A stretch of 64,000 nucleotides of DNA from a virus. The notes beneath the pieces are model-generated. The model had not been told where the DNA came from and made no database searches. It saw nothing but the letters and a program-made list of their open reading frames with translations. The stretch is taken from the IMG/VR virus record IMGVR_UViG_3300042691_044868, positions 6,965-70,964 of that record. The stretch is one strand, 5' to 3'. Made by a program: the position numbers and the translations under genes. The stretch's first letter is position 1; the number at the start of each line of letters is the position of its first letter. This document shows, in pieces, positions 10,201-17,475 of this stretch.

Positions 10201-13200
10201 ACCTGCTTTCATAGAAGCTTCCAACGCCTTTAAGATTCGGGATTCCCCCTTACCTTTTTGCTTAGCCTTATGGACGTTTCTGAGTTCCTGATGCTCGTCA
10301 ATGATCAGGATGGTATTTTCATCCATGAATGGAAGCAGGTCTTCCAAATGCTCATGGGTTGTCACCAGCATGTGGTCGGGGCTTAAAGAATCCTTGTCTA
10401 TGGGTTTTTCTTGTGTCCCACGCAAAATCGTCGGGATATCGAAAGCTTCATTTCCGACGGCCTTAGCCAAAGTCCCGGCAAACTTTCCGCGTCTCCAGTC
10501 TTTTTTGGGGTCCATGCCCAGCGCCTGCGTGGTTGAAGCATAAACAACCTTGTATCTCTTCTTGGGGTCGTTCATGTAATGCTTCGCGGCACCGCAAAGA
10601 ACGTAAGTTTTTCCGGTACCGGGCCCCGCAAACAAACCGAAAGCCCTCTGGGCCGTTGTCTCCAGCTGCGAGATAATCGATCCAAGATCGAATAACTGCT
10701 CTTTTTTCAGGATATTTTTAATACCCTGGGAGATTTTTTTGATTACGCTGGGGTCGCGCTGGCTGGTTCCTTGGCCGCGGGTGAAGACGAATTTTTTCGG
10801 AGTGGGAGTGCCTTTTTTGACAGGTTGAACTGCCGCTCCAGCAGGTTCTCCTCCGGGCTTAACACCAGCGAGTCGTCCTGTTTGAACAGCTCCTGTAGGC
10901 TTGGGTTCACCCGCTTTAGCGGGTCCGGCATCGGCACGGGGCTGTGCCTCAGGTTTTCCTGGAGCAGTTTCTGTCCTAAGCGCCGTCGATCTTTGAACTC
11001 CGGGCTTTCGGGTTCTGGAGTTTTGTTCTGCGGCTCTGTTAGCTTCTTTGATTGTTTCTTCTTCTTGTTGGTCGACATATCCTGCCTCCTTTTGTGCTCT
11101 TTTGGTTACGGAAATAAGAGTATCCCTTAGATCCTTAACAGCTTTGATTTTCTTTGAAACGTTGGTTTCACCTCCGCTTTGGTTAAACTTGGCGACGGCG
11201 GCTTCAATCTCCTGTCTGAACCCATCGAGTTGTTGTTGGGAAAGGCTGTCAGCGAACGTCTCGAGTTGAACATCCGTATCGGCCAACAGATTGGCCGGAT
11301 CGGTCTCTTCGGAAACGCTGGCGGCAATCATGCCTTGCAGATAGCTTTTGATCTTGATTGCATTGTCGGCATCCCGTGAGACGGTGATTCCAACAATCGG
11401 ACTACCAGTCGGAGCATTGAGCAACATGTTGTAGTCGGAAGGCGTGATATAATCCAAGGCCAGAGCTTCCTCGATCTGCTTAATGACAAGATTGACGTCC
11501 GAGTCGGAAATATCCTGGGCGTCCATTTTCCGATCGGTAACCGGTTTCTTGGGCGTGGCGACTACTTGGGTGACGGCACCCTGAGGCGTTTGAACCTGCA
11601 CAGTCTGAGCCACCGGAAGAGTTCCGGCTTTTTGGCGGGCTTGGAATTCCTTTTGAGCCAGAGTTTGGAATTGTTTGCGAAGAACCAACTGGCGACGGAC
11701 AACGGTTTGCTGGGACTTATTGATCTCAGCGGCAACCTGCTTTGAAGTCTTTAAATTTCCGCCCTCATAAGTCGAGTCAAAAATAGCCTTGTCTTCGTCG
11801 GTCGGCAGACTTTCCCGGAACTGGGAGCGTACTTCCTCAAGCAAAAGTCGCTTGGACTCCAGCTGGTCTGTTTCGGTTCTTTGACGTTTGAGGTTTTCAT
11901 CTACCTGATCGGAAACCGATTTCTCTTTCGCTGCGGCTTCTTGTCGTTCCGTTTCCCTGCCGACAGCTTCTTCTCCGGCAGTTTCGCCCTCACCTGCACC
12001 CATCTCTTCTTTATAAGGAACCATGAGGCCCCGTTGCTGTTTTAATCTTGGCCACGCTTTTTCGATAAGTTTTGATTCGAGCTGGTCGAGCGCGGTAGAC
12101 AAATAAAATGGCGTCTTGCCTTTACGAACGTACTCTTGAAATCTGTTCCTCAAAGCCGCCATCAAATTCGCGGCAAAATCGAATTGTTTATAAGCCGCAT
12201 ACTTCCTGGATTCAAAAATGCCTTGCTTGGCCTTAATAAAGGCCTCCACAGTTTCTGCGGCAGTCAGCAGAACATCCCCTGTGTTTTCATCAATCGCCCC
12301 GATATCCTTCAACATCTTGACGGTGGACTCGTTATTCTTATCGAAAACCTCCCAGAATAATTCCCTGTTTATCTCCCGCTCACTTACTGGGGTGTTCTTC
12401 AAATAAGTCATCGTTTCCCCCTCTGGATTGAGTTCGGGAATCGTGAGTGTATCGCTCAAACTTATTCTGCCTTGGTTTAATTTTCGGTCTGCGTCGGCTT
12501 CTTTCTCGTCCAAATCTTTTTCTTTCTCCTCGGAAACCCGCGCAAAAACCTCGGCTTTGAGGGCATTTGCCCGTTGACGGAGTGCGGTGGCTTGTTGCTT
12601 TAGAATTTGGGCCTGTTCAGGAACCGACTCCTCGGCTTCCTTGTCCAGACGATCGGCCTCCGCCAGATCGAAGCGGATCTTCGGATTGTTTTGAGCGCTG
12701 AAATCCAAGGCAAAAAAGTCATCGATCTTTTTCTGTTGAGCCGCTTCGATTGGTGTTTCCCCGATATACTGTCTTTCAATCTGGGCTATCTCCCCGACAC
12801 TTGTAGCTTTGCTTAGGTATCGTTCGTAAATATCGTCCAATTCACTTTCAGTATACTTTTTAGTGTTCCGGATTCGGTCAAGGGCTTCTTCTTTGTCGAT
12901 TGAGAAGGCTTCTTTAGGGTCATCTTCACCTAACCAGACCGGGGAATCCTTATCCCCGGTCCTTACACCAAGAATCAAAAGATCACCTGTGGCCTCATCA
13001 AGTTTTGTATAAACATCGCCGCGACCGTCAAGCTGACGGGCTAGGGCTTCTGTCTGTGGGCTTGCCTTGAAACGTATGGTTTTCTCCCCGTTTCGGCTCA
13101 TTCTGTCCGCAAGATTGTCGTAAATCAAAACGGAGTTTTCCGCTTTTTCAACGTCAAATTCAAAGTTAGGAACTCCGACAATGTCTTCCTCTCCTTCGAC

Positions 13201-14931
13201 TTCGATTGGTGCTCCTGCCTCGGGTTCTGTGACTGATGGGGCGGGGGGCTGGGTTCTTTTTGTTTCGGCATCGTCCGCAAGTTTTTCCGCCAGCTTGTTG
13301 GCTTCCTCGTCTACTTTGGCTCCGGCATCCCCAACTTGCTTGGTAAGTTCTTGGTGAGTTTGCGGAGAAACACTTTTGTCGACTCTATCTAACGCCGCTT
13401 TTTTGGTCACGCCGTCAAAAACTGTGTCAAAAAGAGGAACAAAATCTTCTCCAATATTACCCCGCAAATCCTGCAATCGTTCGTTCTTGTCTTCCTGGGA
13501 TAGATTCGGGTCGTTCAAAACGGCCCCAATTTGTTCCCGAAAAGCAATCGCCTTAAAAAGATTTACCTTCTGCTGTAAGTTAACGTAATTCTTGCGGAAC
13601 CCCAAAGAACGCATCCCCAAACCAGCACCGGCAGAAGCTGCAAAAGATTCGGCGGCGGTAGCCACCGGATCTTGTCCGCGCAGAATGGCTTCAACTTCCT
13701 CGGAAGCAAATTCTCCCAGGGTCATGGCTGTAGCGCCGAGGGCAGTCTGAGCGGCTGCCCCGGCTAAAGGAGCATTTTTTGAAATTGACTGTTTTGCTAT
13801 TCTCCGCGCCAGGGTGTTTTCTAGACTTTGTTCCAACGATTCGCCAACACGCTCGGCCCCATACAGGGTAATGGCTTCAGTGCCAACATCGACCAAACGG
13901 TCATACCAAGGAAGATCCCGTTTGTCGCTTTTAAGCGACTGACTAGCCCCAAGAATACCGTAAGCCGTGGCCGAAGCTGCTTTCGGGCCTTGAATCAGTT
14001 TGCGGGCCAAACCTGTTCCCAGCGCAAATTGTCCAAGCGAGCCGAGTACTGATCCAGCCAAGGTGGATTTAAGATAATCCGTAGTGATAACTTCATTAAT
14101 TGCCTCGGTTAAAGCCGCTCGCTTTGCCACCTGATCGGGATTTTTTTCGTCGATAATAATATCACCGATATTCACGAAGGGTACAAAAGCATCGCCCGTT
14201 TTTACCGCAAAATTTCGTAGGCCGGCTGTACCAAAAGCTTTTGTTTTGTCGTCTTTAAGATCGTTTAAGTATTCCTGGGCGCGCCCCAAAGTCATACCGA
14301 CTGCCGGTAGTTCTCCAAGTTTCATGCCAACCTCAACAAGATCGCCATCCGGTTTGGCAATCTCCTTGCCTTCATCCAGATCCTTTTTGAACTGGGCTCC
14401 TTTGGTCATGGCAAAACGGATATCGAAATCGTCCGTAAGATCGCCAATGTATTGGCGAGCAATCTGAGCCTGGTTCAGGGCTTCAATGTCTTTTTCATCG
14501 AGGCCCTGGGCATAACGGGCTCCGACGGCAAACTGACGGCCCATTGCCTTGGCTGTCCCCCAAAGCTGTTGAAGAGCGGATGCCTCCTGGCCGGTGTCCT
14601 TCTTGATCTGCCCCATTTCCTTGAAGTAATCAGAAATGACCTGTTGACTACCTTTCTCGAAGGTAGCGGCGGCTTCTGGAGATCTGTCCGTCAAAACCCT
14701 AAAATTAAGAAGCCCGCCTTTTTTGGTCGGGTTATCCCGGGCCTGTTTCATCACGGCGGGTAAATCGCCGATATCTGAAAGCTGGGTCAGGTCTCCGGAA
14801 AAAGTGTCGCTAGACTCGTTAAGCGAGAGATCTCCGGGTATAGCAATGACCTCATCGGTGGATTCGTCAATGACGATATCTTCGGGGTCCGATTGATCAA
14901 GTAGCGGATTAAGGGTGTCTTCGGGGGGCAT
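1297..14931 (-). CDS. giant (4544 aa) polyvalent internal virion/ejection protein with SF2 helicase, sigma-like and zincin-like modules
   Basis: Last of three ejection-type genes after the tail genes. Walker A GPGTGKT, IIDEHQ, ASGSP, GGVGIEMDD and Q..YRIFR helicase motifs; EEVVH; HTH TSKQVAAEINKSQQTV; hydrophobic Gly/Ala-rich terminal regions. Confidence 0.85.
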   Translation of the reverse strand: MPPEDTLNPLLDQSDPEDIVIDESTDEVIAIPGDLSLNESSDTFSGDLTQLSDIGDLPAVMKQARDNPTKKGGLLNFRVLTDRSPEAAATFEKGSQQVISDYFKEMGQIKKDTGQEASALQQLWGTAKAMGRQFAVGARYAQGLDEKDIEALNQAQIARQYIGDLTDDFDIRFAMTKGAQFKKDLDEGKEIAKPDGDLVEVGMKLGELPAVGMTLGRAQEYLNDLKDDKTKAFGTAGLRNFAVKTGDAFVPFVNIGDIIIDEKNPDQVAKRAALTEAINEVITTDYLKSTLAGSVLGSLGQFALGTGLARKLIQGPKAASATAYGILGASQSLKSDKRDLPWYDRLVDVGTEAITLYGAERVGESLEQSLENTLARRIAKQSISKNAPLAGAAAQTALGATAMTLGEFASEEVEAILRGQDPVATAAESFAASAGAGLGMRSLGFRKNYVNLQQKVNLFKAIAFREQIGAVLNDPNLSQEDKNERLQDLRGNIGEDFVPLFDTVFDGVTKKAALDRVDKSVSPQTHQELTKQVGDAGAKVDEEANKLAEKLADDAETKRTQPPAPSVTEPEAGAPIEVEGEEDIVGVPNFEFDVEKAENSVLIYDNLADRMSRNGEKTIRFKASPQTEALARQLDGRGDVYTKLDEATGDLLILGVRTGDKDSPVWLGEDDPKEAFSIDKEEALDRIRNTKKYTESELDDIYERYLSKATSVGEIAQIERQYIGETPIEAAQQKKIDDFFALDFSAQNNPKIRFDLAEADRLDKEAEESVPEQAQILKQQATALRQRANALKAEVFARVSEEKEKDLDEKEADADRKLNQGRISLSDTLTIPELNPEGETMTYLKNTPVSEREINRELFWEVFDKNNESTVKMLKDIGAIDENTGDVLLTAAETVEAFIKAKQGIFESRKYAAYKQFDFAANLMAALRNRFQEYVRKGKTPFYLSTALDQLESKLIEKAWPRLKQQRGLMVPYKEEMGAGEGETAGEEAVGRETERQEAAAKEKSVSDQVDENLKRQRTETDQLESKRLLLEEVRSQFRESLPTDEDKAIFDSTYEGGNLKTSKQVAAEINKSQQTVVRRQLVLRKQFQTLAQKEFQARQKAGTLPVAQTVQVQTPQGAVTQVVATPKKPVTDRKMDAQDISDSDVNLVIKQIEEALALDYITPSDYNMLLNAPTGSPIVGITVSRDADNAIKIKSYLQGMIAASVSEETDPANLLADTDVQLETFADSLSQQQLDGFRQEIEAAVAKFNQSGGETNVSKKIKAVKDLRDTLISVTKRAQKEAGYVDQQEEETIKEANRAAEQNSRTRKPGVQRSTALRTETAPGKPEAQPRADAGPAKAGEPKPTGAVQTGRLAGVKPGGEPAGAAVQPVKKGTPTPKKFVFTRGQGTSQRDPSVIKKISQGIKNILKKEQLFDLGSIISQLETTAQRAFGLFAGPGTGKTYVLCGAAKHYMNDPKKRYKVVYASTTQALGMDPKKDWRRGKFAGTLAKAVGNEAFDIPTILRGTQEKPIDKDSLSPDHMLVTTHEHLEDLLPFMDENTILIIDEHQELRNVHKAKQKGKGESRILKALEASMKAGRVIFASGSPIETPDQLFSLQRLGVMDNIPGKSLDEKKANLMTALGMTKVYRAGKTKYTWELAPEYTQEQADEMLDRLIADLAAHGYLSSRSLSLEGVKVNRVDVTLPEEAKERVRFIEEQTGLENLTGRMMSSMILEQRRAVEEFKIDLALDNAEKDIDSGRKVVFVVNSVNESDIQNVVTRENILSVSATADIVRTKLNAINERRVKEGKNPIVFAEYHGESDTNATALDSFNKQNAQLLITTTSKGGVGIEMDDKVGDSPRSMYIITPPLSAIEIVQVIYRIFRLDTASDVAVKLYIGDTQADQWALDRLSRRLRNLETVMGAGFSALDVNSTPILSRQAQAAQELSPFQKLQNKIIDLAAEVNENGYPIILQYGLFSNQILGDENANFILKLMGFAGYQVDKFLEIAAENSFIDFEKKPLEWWKPTQDETFAAWRSRTGLKPKEFDLRPYEEGTTNKIGPHPALNFYELFGVVIKEDSVDVKEQLPGEPGVTEQPKTELRKETPKQDNSSAVTELIDPEDAAAQTNELLDANGVKLDVVAKPIVESLVESGLVVESGNDAGIVVRFDTMSPDADARAGTLEARAKALGFTVAFGPGQAVVSRGGQALTAEDGPAIARLFTGEQTFSSAPTSSTPAATTTRVDEFKAIVKRLFPSFKNNIVIDPTSPHALLAVPGAANGEDTIVVNPDELASVLDFYNLRTPEEIETFLVLGAFEEVVHIKSFEILRADGKDPGVEAERLGLIMPASLRQQVASLYYANRGLSLDTPGVQKLVNAMAGNRQLVALEYVRQLVDLKVLGMTTEEGLLMGLSGEAAQAVKRRTTLFVNSVYQTSQSKQAGIREAIMRWLNALLEALKVVQKDGKLVGLANVENIVDQVLKNTISSLQNLNSDLTPVEAPFKGVSPNQARPFNDQDKYDLRLHRQIELYLDFDVNQSVFGVRAAMDDGRTVDTDAWLTALDAALSNGIITKIEYDIFRGATEQVMGEVRTSLRDVNSAAMDIWTALSEEQRIAIPREALLIVSDAPTTQEGAEPVESPVQAIIDGQDTVLKDFINQELARVSEQAGPNDDVESDQWKFASLMRILADFESLGESRGGVYTGLPMDPFYAEYLEWKSLYDKAMVLRATVLGKPQVAEGAEDVTVPLSLSSSEVLFANIAQAGDFQAVIDALAKIPVQQLQADLVRLGLATNDEFTIQGFADFGNVPFSQIPEYAKRNFINGKIYSAFKTSPQNAALKGEVTFESKEAFDQGLKSLPTAVPLILYTRKIPLNDLIENLVRVGVIPANFTEGKISLERLDDAQVNFRDALESEQRFELERAIRKQFEFLTKDRRLEVAAPGSRGLFVSELDNAAYMGAVAANETAKARKIFENVAVQFARSYPDTGYVLTPDIYLGYRADGSKLKNYAEVDYKTEITVVVKFSDGNVLVDGMNGLNFQHALERARRNWPGAVVLPSAITPADPIITDAKGETVPLTLRFRPDPRIHRISKEQRGIKIKPTFRVALTLPNTDPVYSSGKSNNDGLVKTVIKLFEGRGGQPVLFEGRLYSEQEWRLLYHDIKKSPAYSSYFRRVSQLNAPAPGSGPKINYSKAVNRLADLAPEGSLQDYMRANSEYQEQPREVLEQKARQFVETYGLEESLNLLLSDRLSVPMSLEVAIAMQVVSDLQAQSAQIEADGLEDVSAQEKMADLSVFLMKKYASEAGRSLNYLKIFEKVAGNPVSLQLMVDKILNKATEFKVEPFLPELNEISLSLEDATVRAVGQLTELPGVNKLLKTLKEVAPKDPSSPRVSELIAVINRANRNPAVVDALNRFKRRIGAASPAGRPNDEIPVDKNAVNDLADAILAHIMEVNAVDPNAVDSIFEDRNVLNAYLARMGLNQNQIDLYGAAAALVVRNRLEMEAQNMGNAPVFTPPTVEQAERGYQEEQKKTRGRGKVKLDPDKDMADAIGEILSQAFAREAARSGQEPKVEEFFRYLARIIKPAMREQAALKEKFPRPIPPSAAQNVKALISNFEVVQRAWDLTRDKLLNNYPEDVRETLENLIDKSMQAPVSQSQLKAALTKLNTIGGESVNIRQLIRQSDGDISTFTGKLRDLLLKETNLSEAKRLEITRFLSKSLESLVEQERKRELANILARYEKNKERKTRKIRGVLQRLMDAANLGALRNDAVFQVIRDSIGLPDVSPEVRAEIEAKIKKIAKMPEGSIRMRGLNDLFGFIKTSAPIAWGDLIVDLQTFNLLASISTLGINTWGGTLQVTTDVFLMSSMNSIEGLFKKTGTGGGFRGFARLFQVALPKWLGGTGEAWTALNIVRKGDLSAAADMTVANNFSTVNTFQAMKKKFENAKRGRLPIEDAYQEISLPLGQSMTISLNPNTVTGNVMNAALTPAVWVSQGMAMGDAFNKMGAKKAMEIAEAYRIATTRYTEQADVDAEVIRLLNYTPEARERAIAQAEVEAKTFGLNASQKLARIEEILEQGRDEDGQRITEMSTEFARRATYTNDFEGSLGKLMAGLQRLAANGHWTLRTIFKFLKTASSLTNEALNWMPAWSLKRLLVGSGTFTEKNSKYRRQAAQPGTNAFNIQLAKVIIGHIGTMGLLAILRAFGAWGPDREEDPAFMVHYNGPEDAAQRKAWTAAGAKPKSIQIGRFADGTPKFISWESLPYGVSGFLLPVAIFVEASRYSKRSEAEATMTAALGAIPMVASSIVDLAFMNGMRRVFNAVYPRQPGAQGKVQELADFVGNLAGTIVVPGYATLRDLENVVDAFRQSSAGRPAKIGITGSFLRSIPFAASIPEAAEAVSPEAGKTIGKVLRPDLSMLGTPVKIPLLRGIPIAKRFFSLGADINSEDPETRVFALLAAKRVGILWSPSELSDVAVREAQLEYAAGRMSPQQFQKAMSDAVFLGKTLSSEEKYDWMAAAGPDIVNVLSNPKVFDAILNTQDPNVAKELVSRVLRPIKRKALIESQVKRLVEKQAELLPENQ

Positions 14932-14944
14932 GGCGAAAAGTCAT

Positions 14945-16459
14945 TTATTCCTTGGCGCCAGCCACATTACCAGAGCTTGTTCCGTTTGTCTTCAAATTTC
15001 TGTAGTTGAGTAACCCTGCGTATCCGCCAAGTTTGGCAAACCTCTCGTCGGCGTAGTCCCGAACGCTCATCTTTACAGAGGTACCATCTTTTCTCTTGAC
15101 ATTTATCATTTGGGATGGGTTGGCCAAAACCAAAGTTTCAGCAAGAGTTTGTGCCTGCTGGTCCAGTCCGGCTTTCGCGAAAGGACTTGTGGCGCGTGTC
15201 GGAGTCGGAGCCGGGGCTGTTTGCACAGTCTGCGGTGCTGGCGCGGCGGCTGGGGCTCCCGGTTTGGCGGCCCCGGATAGTAATGCTTCAATAGGATCAT
15301 TGGGGGCGTATCTGGCCCTGTTCCGGCTTCTCCAGGCTTCGTTCTCTTTCCGGGCTGACGTTGTAATAGTTCCGTCCAAAGGATCAATGTGACCGTCTTC
15401 TCCAATAAAATCCTTTAGGAAGGTGGGGGGTTCTTCGATTGCGGTATCCGGGAATCTCTGTTTTAACGTCGCAAGCATAACTTGGTTCTGCTGGTTAGTC
15501 ATATCGATCCATTTGTCAGAACCTCTTTTGTAAAACTGCATACCCAATTGCGTTATCTCATCCTGAAAAGCCGCCGAAGTGGGCCTGACATCCGCCGGAT
15601 AAGCTTCCAAAACTGCATTAAACTTTTCCTGCGTCTCCGGATCGGCTTTTTTCAACTCGCCGAGAATACCAATCTGGTAAAAATTCCGGAAGTTTTGTTG
15701 GCTTTTATCGGACCGAGCAGCCTTGAATTGGTTGTTAAGATTCTCGATCGAATCCATGAAATACTTGCGTGCCTCCGGATCGTTGTTACCGATTGAAGCG
15801 TAACTCTGCTGGGCGCCGGACAAAATCCCCTGAAGCTCATTGGCCGTCAAAAGCTGAACAGGAGTTTGCTGAAGCTGGGCGGCAAGACCGTAAACTCGGT
15901 CGTTGGTTCTGAGGTTGATGGTTTCCTGTTCTAAAGCGCGCTTCGTATTGACGGCTTCCTTCGCGGCTTTCTGCGCCGCAAGGGTTGCGGCGGAGGATTG
16001 AAGCATGCCGGAAGCTCTTTGGTTTGCCGCCATGATTTTCTCGGGATCGCCCGAATCATAAGCAATCTCGAGTTCTGCCTGCATGACGGAAGAGTTCTCC
16101 TCCATCTGGCGTTTGCGTGCTTCTTCCTGAGCCTTGATGGCCTCTTTCTGCATGTCGAACTGAAGCCGTCGTTCAGCCAGGTCGTCGGAAAATGACTTTT
16201 GACCCTGCGACAAACGGTATTTTTCCAGATCCGTGGCGTACTGAAGCTGTTGGTTTTCCAACTGCTGAGACTGCAAGTCCCGCTGGGCCGCATTATTCTC
16301 CCGTTGGGCGGCAAGCTGGGCATACCCGAGTGCGTTGGCGGAAGTGGCGCGATACGCTTCAAGGCTGAGTTGTTGACGCTGACGAGCGTCTTGCCTCAGG
16401 TCATTGAGGAATCCTCTAACCTGGCTTACGTAATCGGGGGCGTTGGGGCTTAGGGGCAT
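14945..16459 (-). CDS. putative internal virion (ejection) protein
   Basis: Gln/Ala-rich helical 504-aa ORF directly before the giant protein; position matches podovirus ejection genes. Confidence 0.65.
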   Translation of the reverse strand: MPLSPNAPDYVSQVRGFLNDLRQDARQRQQLSLEAYRATSANALGYAQLAAQRENNAAQRDLQSQQLENQQLQYATDLEKYRLSQGQKSFSDDLAERRLQFDMQKEAIKAQEEARKRQMEENSSVMQAELEIAYDSGDPEKIMAANQRASGMLQSSAATLAAQKAAKEAVNTKRALEQETINLRTNDRVYGLAAQLQQTPVQLLTANELQGILSGAQQSYASIGNNDPEARKYFMDSIENLNNQFKAARSDKSQQNFRNFYQIGILGELKKADPETQEKFNAVLEAYPADVRPTSAAFQDEITQLGMQFYKRGSDKWIDMTNQQNQVMLATLKQRFPDTAIEEPPTFLKDFIGEDGHIDPLDGTITTSARKENEAWRSRNRARYAPNDPIEALLSGAAKPGAPAAAPAPQTVQTAPAPTPTRATSPFAKAGLDQQAQTLAETLVLANPSQMINVKRKDGTSVKMSVRDYADERFAKLGGYAGLLNYRNLKTNGTSSGNVAGAKE

Positions 16460-16462
16460 AAA

Positions 16463-17473
16463 TTAGGCAAAAGGATTATAGGCTGATCCGGTGAAGTAGT
16501 TGCTTTTTGTTCCTGGGAGATATGGTTTTGCTGTGCTATAAGTTCCAGGTTGGAATCCAACATACATACCTTTGGTAACGTCAAACATGCCCGGCCTGGG
16601 CTGATTCATGTAATCCATCAACAACTGCTGGGTAGCCAGCTGTTGATTGATCGAAGCCTGCGACGTCGCGGTATCAAATATCTGATTGGGCGAAATCTGA
16701 TACTGAGCCGCATAACGCTGTTGCATAATCTGCGGAATGGCCGATGCCATCTGCTGGGCTTGCTGTTGAAGACCAAGCGACGTTGTAAGAATATCCCTGG
16801 CGCCAAAAGCACGTTGAATGCCCCCGGCACGACGACCTCCACCGACGCCAAGACCCGATCCGTACCCAGATTGGGCGATTGAGCGCTGGGTTTGGGCGAG
16901 AACACTCTGGGGTATTTTTCCAGCTGCGTAATCGGATGCAGACTGCGATAGGGCACGAAGGGTGGCTTCTTCCCCGGGAGTCGCTCTTTTATATTCCTCA
17001 ATAGTCGGTAGGTTGGCTTCCTGCACACGCTTGCCCATCTGGGTGTAGTCGAGCTCTAGTTTCGGAAGCTCGGGAAGTTTTCCCATATAAAATTCTACTT
17101 CTGTCGGCGGTAATACGGTCACGTTTCCTCCTCCTCCGCCCCCATAACTTACTCTGGAAGTGCTAGGACGGCTTCTTGGTTGATTGTTTAATCCCAAATA
17201 ATTTCGCATGGCATTGCTTCCGGTAGACAATCCGGGGCCGCTGGAATACATGGTATTAAAAGCACTTTGACGACCCATGAAATCATTCCACTCTTCCCCA
17301 GGCATACGCGGAAGAGATCCAAAACCTATAGCCCCCGGGGTCGTTGCGCTTTTTATATCCTGAGCGTAACGGTAATCTTCGTAGGATTTAAATCCGCTAA
17401 AACTTCCTGGTCCTGAGCCGAGTTGCGGAGTGTATCCACCAAAAACATTGGAGCCTGATGTGATGGTAGCCAT
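16463..17473 (-). CDS. putative internal virion (ejection/pilot) protein
   Basis: Gly/Ser/Gln-rich low-complexity 336-aa ORF, first of the ejection-type triplet. Confidence 0.6.
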   Translation of the reverse strand: MATITSGSNVFGGYTPQLGSGPGSFSGFKSYEDYRYAQDIKSATTPGAIGFGSLPRMPGEEWNDFMGRQSAFNTMYSSGPGLSTGSNAMRNYLGLNNQPRSRPSTSRVSYGGGGGGNVTVLPPTEVEFYMGKLPELPKLELDYTQMGKRVQEANLPTIEEYKRATPGEEATLRALSQSASDYAAGKIPQSVLAQTQRSIAQSGYGSGLGVGGGRRAGGIQRAFGARDILTTSLGLQQQAQQMASAIPQIMQQRYAAQYQISPNQIFDTATSQASINQQLATQQLLMDYMNQPRPGMFDVTKGMYVGFQPGTYSTAKPYLPGTKSNYFTGSAYNPFA

Positions 17474-17475
17474 AA

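Noticed and set aside
1297-14931. Giant protein as a virion RNA polymerase (N4- or crAss-like)
   Set aside because: No DxDGD or single-subunit RNAP motifs recognised; only helicase, HTH and zincin-like motifs.
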